NCBI RefSeq assembly: GCF_001194135.2
Contig: NC_068991.1
Span: forward strand, 75,252,863-75,316,862
DNA length: 64,000 nt
Reading direction: 5' to 3'
Source of the DNA: Octopus bimaculoides
Lineage: Eukaryota
This document shows, piece by piece, positions 51,391 to 63,708 of the stretch (its first letter is position 1; every line of letters starts with the position of its first letter). The translations under genes and the position numbers were made by a program. The notes beneath the pieces are model-generated. The model made no database searches. It saw only the letters and a list, made by a program, of their open reading frames with translations, and had not been told where the DNA came from.

Positions 51391-53808
51391 ATCTCTTCAG
51401 ACTAGAGAGGGAATGAGAGAAAGAGATGGAAGATATATATTGAGTATACTTGAGCTAGATGGAAGCATTTTATGTTGGTTCATGTGATTGTTTATCTCAG
51501 ATGTATTAATACACCACTTCAAGTTCTAGGACATGTCTTATACCTTATCCTGATCTAGAGTGTGTGTTGGAACCCCATACAATGCTAATCTTCATATTTG
51601 TAAATTATGTTGCTAAGAACCACTCACATTATTATACCAAAATAATAGCTCTTTACTTAATAGACTCTCTGATGTAATCTTCTCCTGCAGACATAAATAC
51701 TATTACACTTTTGCTCATTATGTAAAATCGTAGTTTCTCCTCACCATAGCTAAAATTCATTTCTTCTCCATATCTTTCTTCTCTCCTACTACTCCCACTC
51801 CCTTACCTCAACCCTTAATTCTCTCATGGCTCTTTGTCTCCAGCCACTGAGGCTATCAACTGAATTTTTGTCTGAGAATGATTACTTTAACGACCCTTAA
51901 GGTAATTGACTACACTTTCATCCTGCAAGCTATTAACTTTATCTTTTTTATTTCTGATTTTTATTTCTTCTCTTTAAAAGATTGGTCCTTCATCTTATCT
52001 TTCTTAACTATCTTCTTTTCCATCCACTCCCTCTCTTCCTTTTAAACCATTATATTTGTAAACACTGCTAAATGACTCATGTTTCCCAATCCTGAAAGTG
52101 GAGGCCTGATTTACTGTAATAACTTCATCTGGACTCATCGCTGATCACATGTGTGACATTGTGCATATATTACTTGTGAATTATGGCTGTTACATGACTC
52201 GTGGCCTCTTGAAACAGCTGTTAGAAAAATTATTCTTTCAAAGTTACCCATCATATGATGGGTAACACTTTAGTTGTAATAATCCTTTCTACTCTAGGCA
52301 CAAGGCATAACATTTAGGGGGAAGCGGCTTGTTGACTTTATCAACCCCAGTGTTCTATTGGTATTTGTTTTATCAACCCTGAAAGGGATGAAAGACAGAG
52401 TGAACCTTGGCAGAATTTGAACTCAAAATGTAAAGACAGACAAAATGCATTTTGCCCCGCATGCTAGCAACTCTGCCAGCTCACTGCCTTCATTTTAGTA
52501 GTAATAACAAGTGCCATGATAGGTACGTTATCACAATCAACAGCAAAGAGGTTATCTGCATAAATTATTGAGCATCTTGTTAGCTGATATATTTTCTCAG
52601 TTTCAGTTCCTTTCTGAACTCAAATTAGAAACAAGAAAACCACTCCATCATATTTTCCGTGACAGTTCCTGGAACTTACTGGAAGCATTAGGCATTCCGT
52701 CTCTCCCACAATATATTAAATGGTAAAATGTGATAGAAAACAGCGTCAAAAAGATTGCTCAGAGTCTTATCTGCACACCGTGTGTTGAAATACAATCAGT
52801 GTGCTCACTAACAAGATGTAAAGATCATAAGGAATACACTGTCAAAAGTAATTATGTAATTACTAAATACCTGTCCTGATACAGAATGAATAAGCAGTGT
52901 TATGTTTTAGAATATCCCTGATTATATTTAGCAATTTGCTATGATTTCTGCATGTCTGAATAAGAATTATCCAATCGTCATCTCTTTACAAATTACGTGT
53001 CACTGATTTTCTTTGTTTCACGTCGTTACCCGTGGAAACAATCTTTTCATTAGATTTGACAAGCATGTTCATTTAATTCAGTATCACCTTTGTCGTTTTT
53101 ATTCATAGCTAAACAAGCATCACCACAACCATCATCATCATCATCATCATCATCATCACCACTTAAATGATTTCAAGCTCTCTTCATTGTTACGTTGTTC
53201 TCTATAAATATATTTCAGTTTAACATATGTTCAGTATCTTATCAACCCCACTTTTGTACATACTGCTTTTTTTTTTTATCTCTTAAACAGAACAATGGAT
53301 GATCTCTCATTTACATTCTCTTACTTTTGTTATTGTGTTGAGTTTACTAAGTGCTTTGTCAAGAGTTCAAACCTTACTACAGTCATTTCTCATTTTTAAT
53401 TTTTAATTTTTTATTTTATAAATTTTCATATTTCCATGGATTATTCAAATTTCCACCTTGCCTCGTAGTAGAAAAATGGAATGATGAATTATCCCAAGCT
53501 CTGAGATTTCTATGCTTTGAATGTTTGCAAGGATTCAATTGTCTATGAATACAGCCAGGCTGAAATAATTAATGCGTTCTTCCAAGAGTGAATAAAAAAT
53601 TCTCAAACTTGAGGGGAGAATGCATCGTAGCTCTTTGCTTTGACATTTGAAACTCCGAGTACTTTAACAACAACTTTTTACTGTTTGTTCTAAATTATAA
53701 CACACACACACACACATATATATATATAATCCTCTCTTTCTCTAATATCGAGGTCTCATTCTTTTGTTATTACTTTTTATATCATTATTTTATGTGTGTA
53801 TATATATA

Positions 53809-54303
53809 NNNNNNNNNNNNNNNNNNNNNNNNNNNNNNNNNNNNNNNNNNNNNNNNNNNNNNNNNNNNNNNNNNNNNNNNNNNNNNNNNNNNNNNNNNNN
53901 NNNNNNNNNNNNNNNNNNNNNNNNNNNNNNNNNNNNNNNNNNNNNNNNNNNNNNNNNNNNNNNNNNNNNNNNNNNNNNNNNNNNNNNNNNNNNNNNNNNN
54001 NNNNNNNNNNNNNNNNNNNNNNNNNNNNNNNNNNNNNNNNNNNNNNNNNNNNNNNNNNNNNNNNNNNNNNNNNNNNNNNNNNNNNNNNNNNNNNNNNNNN
54101 NNNNNNNNNNNNNNNNNNNNNNNNNNNNNNNNNNNNNNNNNNNNNNNNNNNNNNNNNNNNNNNNNNNNNNNNNNNNNNNNNNNNNNNNNNNNNNNNNNNN
54201 NNNNNNNNNNNNNNNNNNNNNNNNNNNNNNNNNNNNNNNNNNNNNNNNNNNNNNNNNNNNNNNNNNNNNNNNNNNNNNNNNNNNNNNNNNNNNNNNNNNN
54301 NNN
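53809..54303. other. assembly gap
   Basis: N run within TA-rich microsatellite. Confidence 1.
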
Positions 54304-56224
54304 ATACATATATATGTATATATTTGTATATATACATACATATATATGTATATACATACATGCATGTATTTATATATATGTATATATATGTGTATACACA
54401 TGCATATATGTATTTATATATGTATACACATACATATATGTATATATATATGTATATACATACATATACAAATATATCTATGTGTGTGTGTATATGTGTA
54501 TGCATAGATATACATAAAATGTATATATGTATTTGTGTATATCTATATATATGTATGTGTGTGTGTGTTTGTGTGTATGACATTTTCCTAGTATGGCTTC
54601 TATATTCTATCAACATTCAGAATAGACAGTCATCAAAAGTATTCTCTCTCTTTTTTTTTTTATATGTTGGTCATATGAAACTGCTAAAGTCTTTGTTTTA
54701 TATTTTATAAAATATTTTGTGAAAATATATTACTTAAAACCTGAACATTTGTAAGAGGTGAAATTTAAAAGTGTTTACGATAAGTTTTATTTAGTTTTTG
54801 TTTGCTTTTGTATTTTATTTCTCCTTTTATTTAATAGAAATTAAGGTTTGGATTTCATGGGAATTAAATGAGAATTGAATGTAATAGAAATTGTATAAGA
54901 ATTATATTTATAAAAAATTGAATTTTGTTTCAATTTTCGCTATATTATTTCCTTCCATTTAGTTCTTAAGTTGTATTAAATCTATTGCCCCGGCTTTTTT
55001 TTATTTTTTATTTATTATCTAATACTCAGATGGGAGAGTAATGCCCTTGACCCTTTACTAGGCCTCTGTGGCTGGTGGGAAGCAAGCAGGAAAGTACTCT
55101 CAAACCAGAAACCTTGGCTGAATTCTTGGCAACAAAGTTGACCCAGCTAAAGGCATCCTAGGTACTTGGTAGTTGTGGTAAAATGTAGACCATGGTGGAA
55201 TATGAATTCAGAATGCAAAGAACCAAAACATCAGGCACAAGGCTTCTAGTTTGAAATTCTTACAGTTCTGTCAATCCATTGCCCTCAATTGGTGCTTTTT
55301 ATTGACACTGAAAAGTGCAGGCACACTTGTGTGGTAAAATGTTTGCTATCCAATCACATGGTTCATGGTTCATGTGCTATCCAACCACGTGGTTCTTGAG
55401 GCATCTGTTTTCTACTACAGCCCTGAGCCAGCCGTGGTTTTGTAATTGGATTTAGTTGATAGAAACTCAAAGAAGCACATTGTGTGTGTGTGTGTGTGTG
55501 TGTGCACGCACGTATGTGTTGCTGTCTCTGTCTCCTGACATTATATGATAGATGTAAACAAGTATCGTCACCATCATGGCGGTTGGAAGTGGTGTCCTTC
55601 ACTTCCATATTCTGAGAAAACACATCTAGTCATGGAGAGATATTGCCTTACCTGGTAACAAGTGAGAGTTGGCAACAGGAAGAGCATCCACCCATAGAAG
55701 ATACCCCTCAACAAATTCCATCTAATCCATGTTTGTCCTGGAAAAGTGGACATTAAGACAACAATAAAGATGACTGAAAAGATGGAAATCAAAGTTGACC
55801 TCAGCAGGATTTGAACTCAAAACATGCAATGTCAGAACAAATACCATAAGACTGTCTGCCTGACTCTCTAACAATTCTGCCATTTCACTACCTTGTAACA
55901 CCTTGTTTCATGAAATATTTCTAGCTGTCATAAACTGATGGCCTGTTAATGTATTTTCTGACTGCTAGGCCAGGTATGGTGGTGTAACTTTGTAAATATA
56001 ATTAAGGTGTGAAGCAGTATGAAGGAGAGAAATCAAAGTCTGAGCTCTGCAATATTTAAGAGGGTGTGAAACGTGTCATTATCATATCCTTCACTGTTTT
56101 TCCTTTAAAGCAATAATTAAGCATGTAAGTGAAATGTGAATTAAAACTTAGTGCTAAGACTTCACTCACTGGGATCATAATGACAGTGGAAATCGAAAAT
56201 GCAAACAAAAGAGTAATGTAATTA

Positions 56225-56268
<44 letters not shown>

Positions 56269-56270
56269 TA

Positions 56271-56330
<60 letters not shown>

Positions 56331-57085
56331 GCCTTTGCACAGCTTCTAACGCTGGAGATGTACTACAGTGTCAGCTGTTCACTACCAGTGAACTAGGGTA
56401 ACACTTCTTATTTTCCGAGCACCTTCCGGAGTATTTGAGTGGATCCAAGTAGTGCTGCTTTCTGCAAGTGCTCCACCCTTATTGCAGCCCCTATTTGTTC
56501 CACGTACTTCTCGAGATTTTTGTTCATTGTTCCCAGGGCTCCGACAATTATTGGTTCCACTACTACCTTTTTCATCGACCACAACTGTTTTACCTCCCAA
56601 GCTAACCTCTCATATCTCTCGACTTTTCTTTCTTCCTTATCACATATCTTGTTGCCAGCTGGGCATGCTATATCTATGATCCAGCATAGTTTGTTTTCTT
56701 TCTCAATTAAGACTATGTTTGGCTTCCTATTCTCTATCTCATGGTCATACTGAGTTATAAAATCCCATAGGATCTTTGCATTTCTATTTTCGATGATACC
56801 TTCAGGTTTGTGGTCGTACCAATTTTTTGCTCTGTCAAGTCCATACTTGTTGCAAAGTGTTCAATGGACAAGCCTGGCTATATTGATGTGGTGTCTCCTA
56901 TATTCCTTCTGGGCTAGTGGCATACATTGGCTGGTAATATGCCATATGGTTTCACCATTTTGTCCACAGATTCTGCACATATCACTTTCTGATGTGTTGT
57001 CTACTCTGTATTTTATGTAGTTAGTTCTTAGTGCTTGCTCTTGGGCAGCACAGATTAGAACCTCTGTTTCCAGTTTTAAATCACT
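56331..57085 (-). mobile_element. R4/Dong-like RLE retrotransposon, longest fragment
   Basis: SDLKLETEVLICAAQEQALRTNYIKYRVDNTSESDMCRICGQNGETIWHITSQC (CCHC knuckle) followed by an RLE domain ending in a QKAALLGSTQILRKVL-type motif; (TAA)n on both sides. Confidence 0.9.
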
Positions 57086-57129
57086 TATTATTATTATTAT
57101 TATCATTATTATTATTATTATTATTATTT

Positions 57130-57500
57130 CTATTTCAAATTTTTGCCACAACTGGTCCTTATTTTATCGACCCCAAAAGGATGAAAGGCAGAGTTGACCT
57201 TGGTGTAATTCGGATAATAATAATTATTATTACTTCTGTTCTAAGCACTATGCCTTGAAATTTTAGGGGAGAGATCTAGTTGATTATATCGACTCCAGTG
57301 TGTAACTAGTACTTGATTTATCAACCCCCAAAAGGATGAAAGGCAAAGTCGACCGTGGCGGAATTTGGATAATAATAATAATAATTATTATTATTATTTC
57401 TACTCTAGGCACAAAACCTTGAAAATGCTTTGGCAGGAAGGGGGCTAGTCGATTGCATCAACGCCAGTGCATAACTGGTACTTTTTACATTGACCCCAAA
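57130..57500 (-). mobile_element. three partial SINE family C copies separated by (TAA)n
   Basis: Repeated tcgaccccaaaaggatgaaaggcaaagt.gacc units. Confidence 0.7.
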
Positions 57501-58842
57501 GTTTACTAATTATTATTATTGTTATTCTTCACCATCATCATTACTATTATTGTTATTATTATTATTATTATTATTATTGTTATTATTATGCTATCAACTT
57601 TTCTCTTGTACTACTGTAACTGACCTTGATGTCACACACACACACACACACACACGCATATACATACATACATACATACATACATGCATACATACACTTT
57701 ATATAATAAACTATGTATATGTTTGTGTGTGTACATATACACACACACATATTCATACATATATATGCACACATACACATATACAAACGTATTACATATT
57801 TACACAATTTACACGTGTGCTTGTTCTGTCTTATTGTTGTCTTCTCTCTCTCCCCTCCCCGCCCCCTGTCTGTCTTCCTCTCTCTCCTTCTCTCTCTCTC
57901 TCTCAAATGTATTGTATCTTCACCTCTACATTTAATCCCTCTTCACTCTGAAGTGTTTTGTTTCATCTTTTACGCTTTTTTACTTCACATTTAATGTTGA
58001 TCTTAATTACCATTGTACCAATATGATCAGTTACATCTTTTTTTATATATGTATATATATATTTTTTATTCTAGCTTCTAATTGTTTGAACACTCATTAA
58101 TAAAATCCATCAGAAATACTTTTTAAAAAAATTGTTTTTTTTTTACACTTTTAATCAAAAGCTATCAGAAGTGAAGTAGAATCATTAATGAAATTTAACT
58201 GATACTGTCTGACCCACTTTTACATCAAACATCTTTTTAATATGTCTCTTCCCCTCAATATCTCAGATAACTTATTATATATGCAATTTTCTTTTTCTCA
58301 GACTATTAACCTCATCTGTAGAGATGTAATATCTGTTTTTAATATTTCTTTCTTTATTGCATTACATTTGATCTTCAATTGTCATCAGGTGTCTTGTATC
58401 TTCATATGTTCATAATCTCAGAGTAGATTTACACCAAGAGCTTCTTGTTTCTAAACCAAGAGAAGTAACAATCTTAGAAACACTAAATATGAGCTTTATA
58501 TGTGTCTCTCTTTTACTGTTTTCTGTTGAGCAGCCGACTGGTCATTCCATTTTTGAGTCTGCCTGCCTTTGTGTTGCTAGAAACAGAAGCCAAATCTTTC
58601 TCAAGTTGTACTCTGCTTTCTTGGAAAAGAACACATTGGGTAGTATTGCCTGGGCTACACCATGCCTAATGAAATGTGAGGATGGTCATAGCTGGAATGC
58701 TTTTGGTCATAGGTCTGCCTTATTGAGGTTGACTTGTGGTTACACAGTAATATAATAAGTGTATAAAAGGATTATTACTGTTTTAATGCAAGAAGTAATA
58801 ATAATAATAATAATAATAATAATGATAATAATAATAATAATA

Positions 58843-59480
58843 AGTTTGGAGAAACCACAAGCCACATTGTATGCGAATGTAGCTCTTTGGCACAAGAGAA
58901 GTACAAGAGGGCATGACAATGTTGCTCAAATTGTACATTGATTTTTATGTGGGAAATACAACTTGGAACGAGCTGACAAGTCTTATGGACACCAGCCACG
59001 TGCTGTAATGGAAAACGATATGGTGAGATTGCTATGGGATTTCAATGTGTAATGTGACAATCTGATTGAAGCAAGAAGACTTGATTTGATTCTGACTGAG
59101 AAAGAAGAAAGACATTGTTGGATTATTGACATTGCCATCCCAGGAGATATCTGTGTGATAGAAAAGGAGAAGGATAAAGTGGATAGGTACCAAGATTTGA
59201 AGCACGAGGTAGCATGTTTGTGGAAACTCAGGAAAGTGGATGTTAAACCTTTTGTGATAGGGACACTTAGAACCGTGAGAAACCAATTTCAGAAGTGGTT
59301 TGGCACACTTGAACTCACTATCAATACTAAGATGCTGCAGAAAACAGCACTGCTTGGAACAGCCAGGATTTTGAGAATAGTTGTGTCAATGTAACTGGAA
59401 TGAGGAAATTGACAGGACCCAGGGTCATCAGTTATGATCAGCTCCTGATAAAAAGATATTGACATGCAATTAGTCTGAGA
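58843..59480 (+). mobile_element. R4/Dong-like RLE retrotransposon fragment, more diverged subfamily
   Basis: ETTSHIVCECSSLAQEKYK..HDNVAQIVH...LLWDF...RRLDLILTEKEERHCWIIDIAIPGD...LQKTALLGTARILR; (TAA)n at both ends. Confidence 0.9.
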
Positions 59481-59804
59481 AATGTAATTATACTACTACT
59501 ACTAATAATAATAATAATTAATATCATCATCATCATCTCCTCCTCCTTCTCCTCTCAACCAATGCATGTTTTACCTCAATGTGCTGGGAGCCTCTTTTCC
59601 CCCATTAGCTTTGGTGAGTCCTCAGTTTAATGTTGCATGCCTCTGTCAGTAACATAAGTAAGTAAAGCTGAGTGGCCTGCTTCTTCTATTAGTATGCAGG
59701 ACTGAATTATTCAAGATGTAGCATCTGACCTGAGCTAGTGTTCAGTATGATAGCAGTGGCCAGCTAAGACCATCCGTCATTGAGCAACAATATTTGAAAT
59801 GGGA

Positions 59805-60229
59805 AGAAGACAGAAATGGGAGCTGGCAGAAACGTTAGCACACTGGACAAAATGCTTAGCGGTATTTCGTCTGTCTTTACATTCTGAGTTCAAATTCCGC
59901 CGAGGTTGACTTTCATCCTTTTGGGTTTGATAAATTAAGTACCAGTTGCATACTGGGTCGATCTAACCAACTGGCTCCCCTCCCACCAAATTTCAGGCCT
60001 TGTGCCTAGAGGTTTAAGGCAGTGAGATAGCAAAAACGTTAGCACACCAGGCGAAACACTTAGTGGTATTTCGTCTGTTTTTACATTCTGAGTTCAAATT
60101 CTGCCAAGGTCAACTTTGCCTTTCATCCTTTCGGGGTCAATAAATTAAGTACCAGTTGCATACTGGGGTTGATCTAATCAGCTGGCCCCCTCCCCCAAAA
60201 TTTCAGGCTTTGTACCTAGAGTAGAAAAG
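59805..60229 (+). mobile_element. head-to-tail SINE family C dimer with a single 16-bp TSD
   Basis: Two monomers (about 59820-60012 and 60017-60229); aatatttgaaatggga at 59789-59804 and 60230-60245. Confidence 0.75.
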
Positions 60230-61415
60230 AATATTTGAAATGGGAGGAGTGTGTTTACGTGTCTTTTTTGAGATGGTGTGATCCCTAATGAATCAATCTT
60301 GAAACTCCTTCTGTAAAGTCCAGGTTGGATAATCTTAACAATTTACATCAACAGCTGTAAGCATCGAGGGAGATCGATATTTTTACTGCTTCTATCTCAA
60401 TGATGAGCAGAGATGCATTCTGCTGATTATTTTTAATTTCTTGTCTTTACCAAAGGAGATAATTGTACACAAACACTGAAATGATTTCTGGAGGAAAATC
60501 CAATATTTGTTATTATTAGAGACTGAACGAAAGTTGTAAAACTAGGTAATAATTAGAAATAACAGCAGTTTCTCTTTCTCTTTTTTCTTCCAAGTCTTCT
60601 TGTTTGATTTACCTTTCATTTGATTCAGTAATTGTTATTGGCCTAATTAACAAACCATTGTAATGGAGATAGTAAAAGATCTGCAATCTGATGTAACATA
60701 AGCATTAGGGTTAGTTATCATCATCATCATTATCATCATTTGAATGTTCACTTTCCCTTGCTTGTCTGGGTTAGATAGACTTTTCTCAGGCAGATGTTCT
60801 ATGGCTGGTTGCCTTTGCTGTTGCCAAACCTTGTGTGTTTCCAAACAAAGTAATACTTTACCCTGACCAGAAATAGACATATTTTCACTGAAGATTAAGA
60901 ATGAATGATGCTATTCATATGATGGGGACACTCATTTACGACTGTTGTGTGATGCCAAGACTAGGAATCACAAACACTCACTCTCACAATGTACTTCTTT
61001 CAGTTTCCCCTCCACTAAATCCACTCATAAGATTTTGTTCAGTCTGGGGTTGTAGTAGAAGGCATTTACCTAAAGTCTCACACAGTGGGACTGAACCTAA
61101 AACCTCATGATTGGAAAGTGGACTTCTTAACCATGCAGAACCAAGCCAATGTAAGTGCTGCAACCTGCTGGAATTTGCAGTCAAATATTCCTCAAAGGTT
61201 GTCTCACCATCTTCAAAATGGGTGAATGTCCTGAATGTAATATACATCAAAAAAAGATCTTGCCTTTCTCGTTTGGCCATTTACCTGCCTACCATGCCAT
61301 ACACCTGCCAAATCAGAACTGACTCAAGGATACACAGCAACAACAATTATATACAAAGATTATATACATTATTTTCTACATTTGACGGATATTTGTCCTC
61401 ATCTTGTTTGTTGTT

Positions 61416-61461
61416 AACACAACGTTTCGGCTGATATACCCTCCAGCCTTCATCAGGTGTT
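61416..61461 (-). ncRNA. minimal type I hammerhead ribozyme motif
   Basis: Minus strand: aacac-CTGATGA-a-ggctg(gagggtatat)cagcc-GAAAC-GTT-gtgtt. Stem I aacac/gtgtt, stem II ggctg/cagcc, palindromic AACGTT stem III, GUU cleavage triplet. Confidence 0.7.
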
Positions 61462-61526
61462 TTGAGGAAATTTCGAACCTGGGTTCTCATTCCTAAGGTA
61501 TTTTTTGATGTTATTATTATTATTTA

Positions 61527-61594
61527 GGTCACTGGAATTGAACTCAGAATCTTGGGGTTAGTAGCCTGTGCCCTTAACCACTACGCCATATGCC
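61527..61594 (-). other. tRNA-like Pol III promoter cassette in the PLE 3' tail (not a functional tRNA gene)
   Basis: A-box TGGCGTAGTGG (61588-61578) and B-box GAGTTCAATTCC (61545-61534) with tRNA-like spacing; no complete acceptor stem seen. Confidence 0.65.
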
Positions 61595-62949
61595 TGTGGG
61601 CAATGATGGAGTGAATTTTTAGGGCTTATAAATCTAATATTTTCCTATCCTTCCTCAATACCGGTTCCCATATGCTATTCATATCTGCACTTGGTCTGCT
61701 TAGGAGGTTGTTGTGTCCTAGCATATGTGCTGCTTCTTTTAGTTTTCGTATTTTCCAGTGGTGTTCTCTGTCTATTATTTTAACTTCATCCCACAGGGGT
61801 AGGTGGTCTCCATTTTTCCATACATGATCAGCTATACCCGATTTATCAATATCTTCCCGGGTCACAGCTTTGCAATGTTCCTCTACCTTTATTTTGAGGG
61901 GGCAGCATGTTTCGCCTTTGTATAACCCACCACAGCTGCATGGGATGGACTACATGCAGTTCTTGGTCATATTCTCTTTTATTGGTGGTTCTACTTGAAG
62001 GAGATATTTGCGAAGTGTTGTATTACTCTTGAATACAGTCCTGATCTCATACGGGCCACATATCTTTTGTTTTTGCGGTAGTTGTTGCTTAATAGATTGT
62101 TACTGAGCTTCATTTCTTTGTGGTGGGTAGAACTGTCTTTTTTTATTCTTCTCCTCTTCAGCGATCATTATCCTCAATGTTCTGAACTATACTTTCTCAG
62201 TTCAAAAGTGTTATCTATGTTCCTGCAAATTTAATGCTTCGTATAATTGGTGCAACTATGAGAAATCTTCCCTGAAGGCTTTCAAAAAAAAAAAAAAAGA
62301 AAGAAAAAAGAAAAACAAAAGCCTATTTGATTAGAAATCTTTTATTCTATTGAAAGTTATTAAATAATATTATTGATTGACATAAGTAGGTAAATAGCCT
62401 GGAAGATGAATTTTTGTCTTCGATGGAGAAAAGCTTGAGTTTATAATCTCTCTCTCTAACTCATTCTCTCTCTCCCTCTCTCTGGGTGTTGGTGTGTGTG
62501 TATGTTGAGAACCCATCTACATACAAAGCTTGTGAAGTAAATTACATTTTTAGCCTTCAGAATATCTCGTATAATTCCATAATGTTCTGTAAGGAATTAG
62601 AATTTACATGTAATTCTTTATTGTTTTAAGCATCAAAAACTGATGTTGTTGTTGATAAGTGAATAGCAAGTAGGCATGAGAAGTTCTCTGAACATGTGTT
62701 TGCTGATGTAATCTGACAGTTTGGAGATAATTATGTGAGTACAGATCAGGGTCATTTTTAAGTTTTCCTTTCATTCTGCTGAAGTCATCCTGACATGAAA
62801 CGCTGAGCAACCTCCAGTCAATAATTAGCCAATCACTTCTATATGTCTTCTCAGTTACAAAGGAAGCCTGTTGCATGATTCTGTTTCAAAATTAAAAGTT
62901 CCATAGTTCATAATATGTGCTAGAAATATATATATATATGCATTATTAA

Positions 62950-63136
62950 CCCTTTAACAATTAAACTGATCATATACTCCTTGTTTCATGTTCAAACTGA
63001 CCAGATCTGGCTTCTCGCAGTTACCCTACAATGTCATTCTAAAAATAAATAGTCACATCATTGAAGTGCATATTAATTAAGAACAGTGTAAATAAATAAG
63101 CATTACATTTGTGAGAGTAATCTGAATGATAAAGGC
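62950..63136. mobile_element. second piggyBac-like MITE family
   Basis: TTAA(62946-62949)-ccctttaa...taaaggc-TTAA(63137-63140). Confidence 0.55.
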
Positions 63137-63140
63137 TTAA

Positions 63141-63362
63141 CCCCTTCGTTACCAACCCGGTTGAAACCACCTCTGGCTCTGTAGTACAAATGTCTTGTTT
63201 TCATAAGTTCTGAATTAAAATCTTCCACCAAACCTTAGTCACAATTTTATGTTCCTAACACTAGCTTAATGATAACTAAGTTATTTTACTAAATTCTTTG
63301 TTATATTTAAAGTAATTGAAAAAAACACAGAGTATCTGAACATTAATATGGTAACAAAAGGG
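63141..63362. mobile_element. piggyBac-like MITE
   Basis: TTAA-ccccttcgttacc...ggtaacaaaaggg-ttat. Confidence 0.75.
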
Positions 63363-63514
63363 TTATGAAGAAAAATAATCAGCAGAAGACATAAGAGAAG
63401 GTGACCTAAAGTGTGGTCACTCTATATGTTAGAAATAATAGCCTAAATTTCCTTCAATCTACACCCTTCCAACTGCTTCTAATGTGCATCTGCCCAAATG
63501 TAGAGGTGTGTTTA

Positions 63515-63708
63515 AACTACCTCTGGCTCTGTAGTACAAATGTCTTGTTTTCAAAAGTTCTGAATTAAAATCTTTCACCAAACCTTAGTCATAATATATG
63601 TGTGACTAGCTTAATGGTAACTGAGTTATTTTACTAAATTCTTTGTTATATTTAAAATTAATTGGAAGAAATACAGAGCATCTCAACAGAGATATGGTAA
63701 CAAAAGGG
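63515..63708. mobile_element. piggyBac-like MITE, left end missing
   Basis: Repeat of 63165-63362, ending ggtaacaaaaggg-TTAA (63709-63712). Confidence 0.75.

Larger units (their letters stand above)
61365..62200 (-). mobile_element. Penelope-like element 3' relic with GIY-YIG endonuclease
   Basis: KICGPYEIRTVFKSNTTLRKYL...KNCM*SIPCSCGGLYKGETCCPLKIKVEEHCKAV...SGIADHVWKNGDH...KLKEAAHM...LLSR, typical of the PLE GIY-YIG domain; one in-frame stop; 5'-truncated. Confidence 0.85.

Noticed and set aside
53290-53400. Signal-peptide-like MISHLHSLTFVIVLSLLSALS after a good acceptor
   Set aside because: The frame closes after 35 codons with no donor site; T-rich DNA yields hydrophobic peptides by chance.
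53764-54710. ORFs of about 190-300 aa
   Set aside because: N-gap plus TA-rich microsatellite.
61527-61594. Possible genuine tRNA gene
   Set aside because: A and B boxes are present but I see no complete cloverleaf or acceptor stem, and it is embedded in a repeat. Other tRNA-like heads in the window are likewise SINE heads.
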